From NCBI GenBank assembly GCA_022824105.1, contig JAJEAZ010000113.1:1-46267 (forward strand): a DNA stretch of 46,267 nt, in the 5' to 3' direction. Made by a program: the position numbers and the translations under genes. Positions within the stretch are counted from its first letter, which is position 1. The number at the start of each line of letters is the position of its first letter. Source of the stretch: Alphaproteobacteria bacterium. GTDB lineage: Bacteria; Pseudomonadota; Alphaproteobacteria; Bin95. Under the pieces are notes generated by a model, which saw only the letters and a list, made by a program, of their open reading frames with translations, was not told where the DNA came from and searched no databases. Shown here one piece after another: positions 40,841 to 46,267 of the stretch.

Positions 40841-42220
40841 ATGAGCGGATACGATTTCGATTTCTTCGTCATCGGCGCGGGATCGGGCGGCACGCGGGCG
40901 TCCCGGATCGCCGCGGCGCACGGCGCGAAGGTGGGGGTCGCCGAAGAACGCCATCTGGGCGGCACCTGCGTCAATGTCGGCTGCGTGCCCAAGAAGCTGT
41001 TCACCTACGCCGCCCATTTCGCCGAGGATTTCGAGGATGCCGAAGGCTTCGGCTGGACGGTCGGCCCGCGCCGCCACGCCTGGCCGGCGCTGATCGCCAA
41101 CAAGAACCGCGAGATTTCCCGGCTGAACGGCATCTACGAGCGGCTGATCGCCGGGCCGGGCGCCGAAATCTTCGACAGCCGCGCCGTCTTCCTCGACAAC
41201 CACACACTGGACGTCGGCGGGCGGCGGATCACGGCCGACAAGATCCTCATCGCCGTCGGCGGCCGGCCTTTCGTGCCCGACTTCGACGGTCGCGAGCACG
41301 TCATCACCTCGGACGACGCCTTTTTCCTGCCGGACCTGCCGGAGCGCATCGTCGTGGTCGGCGGCGGCTATATCGCGGTCGAGTTCGCCGGCATCTTCAA
41401 CGGGCTGGGTGCGCAGGTGACGCAGATCTACCGCGGCAATCCCTTCCTGCGCGGCTTCGACGACGATGTCCGGGAATTCCTGGCCGGCGAGATGGTCAAG
41501 AAAGGCGTCGACCTGCGCTTCGACGCCGATGTCCGGCGGGTGGTGCGGCGGTCCGGCGGCGGTTTCTCGGTCGACCTGAAGGACGGCGGCACGGTGGAGA
41601 CCGACCTGGTCATGTACGCGACCGGCCGTGTGCCGAACACCGGCGGCCTGGGGCTGGACGCGGCCGGCGTCGCGACCGGGCGGGGCGGGGCCGTCACCGT
41701 CGATGCCGGCTGGCGCACCAATATCGACAATATCTACGCCATCGGCGACGTCACCGACCGGATCCAGCTCACGCCCGTGGCGATCCAGGAAGGCCACGCG
41801 CTGGCCGATTCATTGTTCAATCCGTCCGGGAAGACCGTCGGATACGCGTTTGTTCCTTCAGCAGTTTTCAGCCAGCCTGAAATCGGCACGGTGGGTTACA
41901 CGGAAGCGGAGGCACGGGCGAAATTCGGCGCTCTGGACATCTACCGGTCCGACTTCCGGCCCATGAAGCACACGCTCTCCGGCCGCGACGAGCGGGGGCT
42001 GATGAAGCTGGTCGTCGTGCGCGAGACCCAGCGGGTCGTCGGCCTCCATGTCGTCGGCCCGGGCGCCGGCGAGATGACCCAGGGCTTCGCCGTCGCCATC
42101 GTCATGGGCGCGACCAAGCGCGATTTCGACGCCACCATCGGCATCCATCCGACCGCCGCCGAGGAACTGGTGACGATGCGCGAGCCGGTCCCCGACCCGG
42201 TGCCCCTGGCGGCCGAATAA
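40841..42220 (+). CDS. gor: Glutathione reductase
   Basis: GAGSGG, GGTCVNVGCVPKK, GGGYIAVEFA, LTPVAI, IGIHPTAAEE. Confidence 0.96.
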   Translation: MSGYDFDFFVIGAGSGGTRASRIAAAHGAKVGVAEERHLGGTCVNVGCVPKKLFTYAAHFAEDFEDAEGFGWTVGPRRHAWPALIANKNREISRLNGIYERLIAGPGAEIFDSRAVFLDNHTLDVGGRRITADKILIAVGGRPFVPDFDGREHVITSDDAFFLPDLPERIVVVGGGYIAVEFAGIFNGLGAQVTQIYRGNPFLRGFDDDVREFLAGEMVKKGVDLRFDADVRRVVRRSGGGFSVDLKDGGTVETDLVMYATGRVPNTGGLGLDAAGVATGRGGAVTVDAGWRTNIDNIYAIGDVTDRIQLTPVAIQEGHALADSLFNPSGKTVGYAFVPSAVFSQPEIGTVGYTEAEARAKFGALDIYRSDFRPMKHTLSGRDERGLMKLVVVRETQRVVGLHVVGPGAGEMTQGFAVAIVMGATKRDFDATIGIHPTAAEELVTMREPVPDPVPLAAE

Positions 42221-42335
42221 AGGCAATTCCCGCGCTGCCTGCGTTTCGGCCTGCCCGACGGCGCCACGCCGCGGTTGAACCGCGCGCCGAACGCGGCTTT
42301 ACTGCCGCCGCACTGTATTGAGGAGATCCCGCCCC

Positions 42336-43097
42336 ATGCCGGAAGGTTCCATCGTCGTCAGCCCCGAGGGCATCGCCGACAAGGTCGTCGCCATCCGCGA
42401 GGAATGGCATACCAAGAAGCATCCGTTCTTCCAGGCCATGCTCGACGGTTCGCTGCCGCTGCGCGCGCTCGGCGTCTACATGGCCCAGCATCTGAAATTC
42501 GTGAACTATGTCGTGCCGTCCTTCGGCTTCCTCTACTGGCGCGGCCCGTCGGACATCCGGCGCATGATCGCCGAGAACATGGCCGAGGAAGAGGGGCTGA
42601 TGGCAATTCCCAAGCCCGGCCACGTCCCGCACGACCATTTCGAGATGATCTCCGACTTCTGCCGCCACGCCGGCCTGTCCGACGAGGAGATCGAGAATAC
42701 CCAACCCACCCCCGGCTGGTGGGCGCGGACCCTGTATTACTGCCATGTCAACCGGGAGGAGCCGCTCGGCGTCGCGCTCGCCATGGCCTCGACCCAGGAA
42801 GGCCAGCAGGTTGCGCTCAACAACGAGATCACCATCCCGTCTTTCGCCAAACATTACGGCCTGACGAAAGACGATCCGGAAATCGCCTTCTTCGTCGAGC
42901 ATGCCGAGGCCGACCTGGAGCACTCCACGCGCCAGCTCGACCTGTGCGCAAAGTACATCCGGACGCCGGAGGAGGCCGCCCGCGCGCTCGAGGTGTGCGA
43001 GACCGCGGTCCGCCTGCGCTGGGCTTCGACCAACGATATCTGGCGGGAGGAAGTGCTCGGCGAGACCGACATGCTGCCCGACGGCGTCAGCGGCTGA
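42336..43097 (+). CDS. Heme-oxygenase-like (CADD/PqqC/TenA) iron-containing redox enzyme
   Basis: HPFF; ENMAEEEG...H; E; FFVEHAEADLEH diiron-ligand pattern; ATG at 42336 after GAGGAG. Confidence 0.85.
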   Translation: MPEGSIVVSPEGIADKVVAIREEWHTKKHPFFQAMLDGSLPLRALGVYMAQHLKFVNYVVPSFGFLYWRGPSDIRRMIAENMAEEEGLMAIPKPGHVPHDHFEMISDFCRHAGLSDEEIENTQPTPGWWARTLYYCHVNREEPLGVALAMASTQEGQQVALNNEITIPSFAKHYGLTKDDPEIAFFVEHAEADLEHSTRQLDLCAKYIRTPEEAARALEVCETAVRLRWASTNDIWREEVLGETDMLPDGVSG

Positions 43098-43131
43098 CGG
43101 CGCGGGCCGGGCAAATCGAGGCAGGAACAGC

Positions 43132-43257
43132 CCCTTCGATACGCCCCGGCCCCGGGGGGCCGGGGCTACTCAGGGTGAGGGTGAGGGGTGTGTTAAGGCA
43201 TTTGAACCCCCAACAACCCCCTCATCACGAGTAGGCGCGTCAGCGCCGTATCGAGGG
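43132..43257. repeat. Nested-palindrome REP/MITE-like element, full copy
   Basis: CCCTTCGATACG...CGTATCGAGGG termini; inner CCCCGGCC/GGCCGGGG, CTACTC/GAGTAG and TGAGGGG/CCCCTCA pairings; lies between convergent genes. Confidence 0.75.
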
Positions 43258-43273
43258 ACGAACGGTCTCGAGT

Positions 43274-44197
43274 TTACCCGGTTTTTCGGAGCCGGACTGC
43301 GTCGTCGTTATCCCCGGAATTCCGCAGCACCGCACCGATCCGGTCGGCGGCCGTCTTGTAGTCGGCGAGGGCGAACAGGGCGGGGTCGGCCTCCGCATGG
43401 TCGGCTATCGCATCCTGCAGCGCCGCGATGGCGTCGCTGAGAAGCGGCGGAAAACCCGCGTCGGAGACCGCCTCGCCGGCGAAGCGCATCTCGGCGGCCC
43501 GCCGCCGGCCGTGGCGCAAAACCCGCTCGAACACATAATCGGCCTTCGCCGCCCAGTCGATTTCCGGATCGCTCTTCTGGAGCGAGGCGAGGACGGCGCC
43601 GTCCGCCCCGTATTGCCGGGCGGCCAGCATGCTCTCGACCACGATCGCCTCGATCCCCTTGACGATGACGCTGCGGCACAGCTTGACCGCGGCCGCCGCG
43701 CCGAAACGGTCGCCCACCACGGCCATGACCATCCCGAAAGGGCTGAGGATTTCGTGCGCGTCCGAGGCCGCCGGCCCGGCCAGCAGGACTTCGCTCGCCA
43801 CGCCGTTTTCGACGACCGGCGCCATGATCGTCGCTTCGACATAACGGGCGCCGGAGGCTTCGACGATCGCCGCTCCGGTCTCCTTCTCGCGCGGCGAGAC
43901 CGAGTTCATGTCCATGAACAGCTGCCCGGCCCGCAGGTGGCCCGCCGCCTCCGCCGCTACGGCGCGCGCTGCATCGGCCGGAACCAGCGACAGGACGATC
44001 GCCGCGCCGTCGAAGGCGTCTCCGGCCGCGGCGCAGACCGCCACGCCGTCGGCCGCTGCATTGGCCCGGATCGCGGCGCCTCCGGGCGTCGGCACGAGAA
44101 TGTCCCAGGTCGCGACCGTCGCGCCGGCCCCGGCCAGCCCGGCGCCGAAGGCGCGGCCGGCCTCGCCGTAACCGATGATGCCGATGCGTGCCGTCAT
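43274..44197 (-). CDS. NAD(P)-dependent oxidoreductase (6PGD/HIBADH NAD-binding domain + DUF1932-like)
   Basis: IGIIGYGEAG, DMNSVSP, AAVKLCRSVIVKGIEA, HGRRRAAEM. Confidence 0.9.
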   Translation of the reverse strand: MTARIGIIGYGEAGRAFGAGLAGAGATVATWDILVPTPGGAAIRANAAADGVAVCAAAGDAFDGAAIVLSLVPADAARAVAAEAAGHLRAGQLFMDMNSVSPREKETGAAIVEASGARYVEATIMAPVVENGVASEVLLAGPAASDAHEILSPFGMVMAVVGDRFGAAAAVKLCRSVIVKGIEAIVVESMLAARQYGADGAVLASLQKSDPEIDWAAKADYVFERVLRHGRRRAAEMRFAGEAVSDAGFPPLLSDAIAALQDAIADHAEADPALFALADYKTAADRIGAVLRNSGDNDDAVRLRKTG

Positions 44198-44306
44198 GCT
44201 ATAACCCCCCTGTCTTTTTTGGGTCTTTCGGGTCGTTCGGAATGCCGGAGCGCGCTACTCTAGGGCGGAGCGCCCGCCCGGGAAACCGTTGGAAGGGAAG
44301 GTCGGC

Positions 44307-45224
44307 GTGAGGTTTGTCGGAATCGAGGCGGTCACCTACGGCGTGACCAATATGCCGAAAGCGCGGCGCTTCTGGGCCGATTTCGGCCTGGAGGAGCAGC
44401 CGGCCGGCAAGGCTTCCGCGGTTTTCGCCGCGGCGAACGGCGCGCGCGTGATCCTCAAGCGCCGGAGCGACCGGTCGCTGCCGCCGCCGGTCGAGGCGGG
44501 ATCGTCCGTCCGGTCGATCCGCTGGGGCATGGAGACCGAAGCCGATGTCGAGGCGGTGCGCGAACGGCTGGCCGAAGCCGGTCGCCTTGCCGAAGGGCCG
44601 GGCGTAGGGGCGGTCGACCCGGCCGGCTTCGCCCTCGAATTCGTCGTATCCGGATTGCGGATGCCCGAGGTCGCTCCGTCGCCTGCGAACGCGCCGCAGG
44701 ACATCAACCGCATCGACACCCGCGCCGGCTTCTACGAGCGGGCCGCACCATTGAAAATCGGCCATATCGTGCTCAACGTGCCGGACGCCGCCGCCTGTTC
44801 CGCCTTCTACCGCGAGGTTCTGGGTTTCCACCTGTCCGACGCCTACGACAATGGCAGCGTGTTCCTGCGCTGCGCGGCGCGCCACAGCCATCACAACCTG
44901 TTCCTGCTGCAATCGCCGACCGGCCGGCCGGGTATCAACCATCTGGCCTTCGCCGTGCGCGACATCCACGAAATGTTTGCCGGCGGCCAGCACCTGGCCC
45001 TCTGCGGCTGGAAAACCGCGGTCGGGCCGGGCCGGCACCGCATCTCGTCCTGCTATTTCTGGTATGTCCACAATCCCTGCGGCGGCCTCGCCGAATATTT
45101 CTGGGACGAGGACTATCTCACCGAAGACTGGGAGCCCCAGCTCTGGACGCCGGGGCCGGAGGTCTTTGCCGAATGGATGCTGCCGAAGGGCCTGCCGCTG
45201 CGGAAATCCCGCGGCGCCCGCTGA
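44307..45224 (+). CDS. VOC-superfamily extradiol dioxygenase-like protein
   Basis: Two VOC domains; KIGHIVL, HHNL, INHLAF, GPGRH, FWYVHNPCGGLAEY. Start GTG 44307 or TTG 44289. Confidence 0.88.
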   Translation: MRFVGIEAVTYGVTNMPKARRFWADFGLEEQPAGKASAVFAAANGARVILKRRSDRSLPPPVEAGSSVRSIRWGMETEADVEAVRERLAEAGRLAEGPGVGAVDPAGFALEFVVSGLRMPEVAPSPANAPQDINRIDTRAGFYERAAPLKIGHIVLNVPDAAACSAFYREVLGFHLSDAYDNGSVFLRCAARHSHHNLFLLQSPTGRPGINHLAFAVRDIHEMFAGGQHLALCGWKTAVGPGRHRISSCYFWYVHNPCGGLAEYFWDEDYLTEDWEPQLWTPGPEVFAEWMLPKGLPLRKSRGAR

Positions 45225-45282
45225 CCCGGCGCGCGCCCCGGCCTTGCGCCGCCCGTCGAATCCGCCTATCGCCCGCTGCGTC

Positions 45283-45972
45283 ATGAAGCGCGCTCTCTTG
45301 TCGGTTTTGCCGCTGGCGGCGCTGGCCGCGCCGGCGGTTGCCGCGGTGCCGGCAGAAGACCTGCCGGACAACCTGAACTGTCAGCAGGTGCCGAAACGCG
45401 GCTGGACGGTCTGCGCGTCCACGGTGCGGCTGCCCCTTTTCCCCGAGAAACCGGGCGAGCCGACCGTTTTCTTTCATCCGCGCCATGCCGCCGACGGCGA
45501 CCCGAAGACCGCCTGGTCGCCCGGCCAGCGCGGCCTCAATCTCGGCACCCTGATCGAGCTCCGCTTTTCCGCGGTCCGGCGCCTCCGCTACCTCGCCTTG
45601 TGGAACGGCGACGGCCGGTCGCCGAAGGCCTGGGCCGATAACGGGCGGTTGCGCCAGGTCCTGATCCAGACCTCGGACGGGCTGACCGACCGGGTCGATC
45701 TGGCCGAGCGCAACGGCATGCAGATGGTCGTCCTGTCGCGGCCGGTGGAGACGGCATGGATCCGCCTGATTGCAACCGCCGTCACGCCGGGCAAACGCTA
45801 CCGCCCGTTCGCGATCGGCGAACTCCGGCCGTCCGACGGCCGGCGCGGACTGGACGTGCCGGTGGTGAGCGCGGACCGGGTCGACGACTGGCTGCCGGCG
45901 GCGCCGAAATCCGGGAACCGGGGCGGCGGCGCGGGGCAGGGCGGCCCTTCCGGTTCGACCGGCCGGCCCTAG
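45283..45972 (+). CDS. Secreted discoidin/F5-8 (NADase-type glycan-binding)-like domain protein
   Basis: Signal peptide MKRALLSVLPLAALAAPAVA; AADGDPKTAW...WNG...NGRLRQV...PG..Y...AIGEL. Confidence 0.7.
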   Translation: MKRALLSVLPLAALAAPAVAAVPAEDLPDNLNCQQVPKRGWTVCASTVRLPLFPEKPGEPTVFFHPRHAADGDPKTAWSPGQRGLNLGTLIELRFSAVRRLRYLALWNGDGRSPKAWADNGRLRQVLIQTSDGLTDRVDLAERNGMQMVVLSRPVETAWIRLIATAVTPGKRYRPFAIGELRPSDGRRGLDVPVVSADRVDDWLPAAPKSGNRGGGAGQGGPSGSTGRP

Positions 45973-46016
45973 AGCGCGTCTGTCTTACTTTGAACCGCCG
46001 ACGGGGCAGAGGCTCG

Positions 46017-46168
46017 CCCTTCGATACGCCCCGGCCTGGCGGCCGGGCCTACTCAGGAAGAGGAAGAGGGGTGTTGCGGCTTGTGAACCCCCAACACCCC
46101 CTCATCCCGAGTAGGCCCGTCGTCGCGCCCTTCGATACGCCCCGGCCTTGGCGGCCGGGGCTACTCAG
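46017..46168. repeat. Two further copies (one near-full, one partial) of the 43132 repeat family
   Basis: CCCTTCGATACGCCCCGGCC...GGCCGGG.CTACTCAG at 46017 and 46128; the first also carries GAGGGGTGTT...AACACCCCCTCATC.CGAGTAGG. Confidence 0.75.
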
Positions 46169-46267
46169 ATCCTATGAGGCGAATCGGGTGACCGGCGCTA
46201 CGGTGCCGTTGTTGCCAATCCTCATAAGGAGACGAGAGATGCCCCCGAGGAACGAGACTGCGGCGCC

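Overview
Alphaproteobacterial chromosome window; the core genes and their order suggest a Rhodospirillales-like host (inference). The left ~18.2 kb is a composite accessory, defence-like island. It opens with the 3' end of an IS66 inserted into an XRE-HTH/PD-(D/E)xK nuclease gene. Next is a tightly coupled 8-gene unit (2617-8393) that is the main find. This unit encodes an acyl-carrier-protein-like protein, an XRE repressor, an ImmA/IrrE metalloprotease, a divergent thymidylate-synthase-like enzyme, an HhH-fold aGPT-Pplase1/5-hmdU-DNA-kinase-like protein with an AT-hook, a MazG+MazG-C pyrophosphatase, its own AcpS phosphopantetheinyl transferase and a dCTP-deaminase/dUTPase-fold protein with a membrane anchor. 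It sits behind a sigma70 promoter overlapped by a perfect palindromic operator. After it come a MerR-HTH/N6-methyltransferase/PD-ExK nuclease operon and a high-GC module with a phage-type PAPS-reductase-family gene and tandem tyrosine integrases, one broken by an IS66 tnpA remnant. The right ~28 kb is mostly host backbone: isochorismatase, hydantoinase/oxoprolinase A+B, an amino-acid binding protein, nrdJ with phased NrdR boxes, EamA, NDUFA12, two mlaD, a methyltransferase, DUF2155, aat, accC, accB, aroQ, gor, a CADD-like oxidase, an oxidoreductase and an extradiol dioxygenase. A smaller variable patch (29.9-34.5 kb) holds secreted MORN and Sel1/ankyrin proteins and an orphan higA. Several REP/MITE-like palindromic repeats are present. 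No rRNA, tRNA or CRISPR array was seen. All family assignments come from motif recognition by eye, not database searches.
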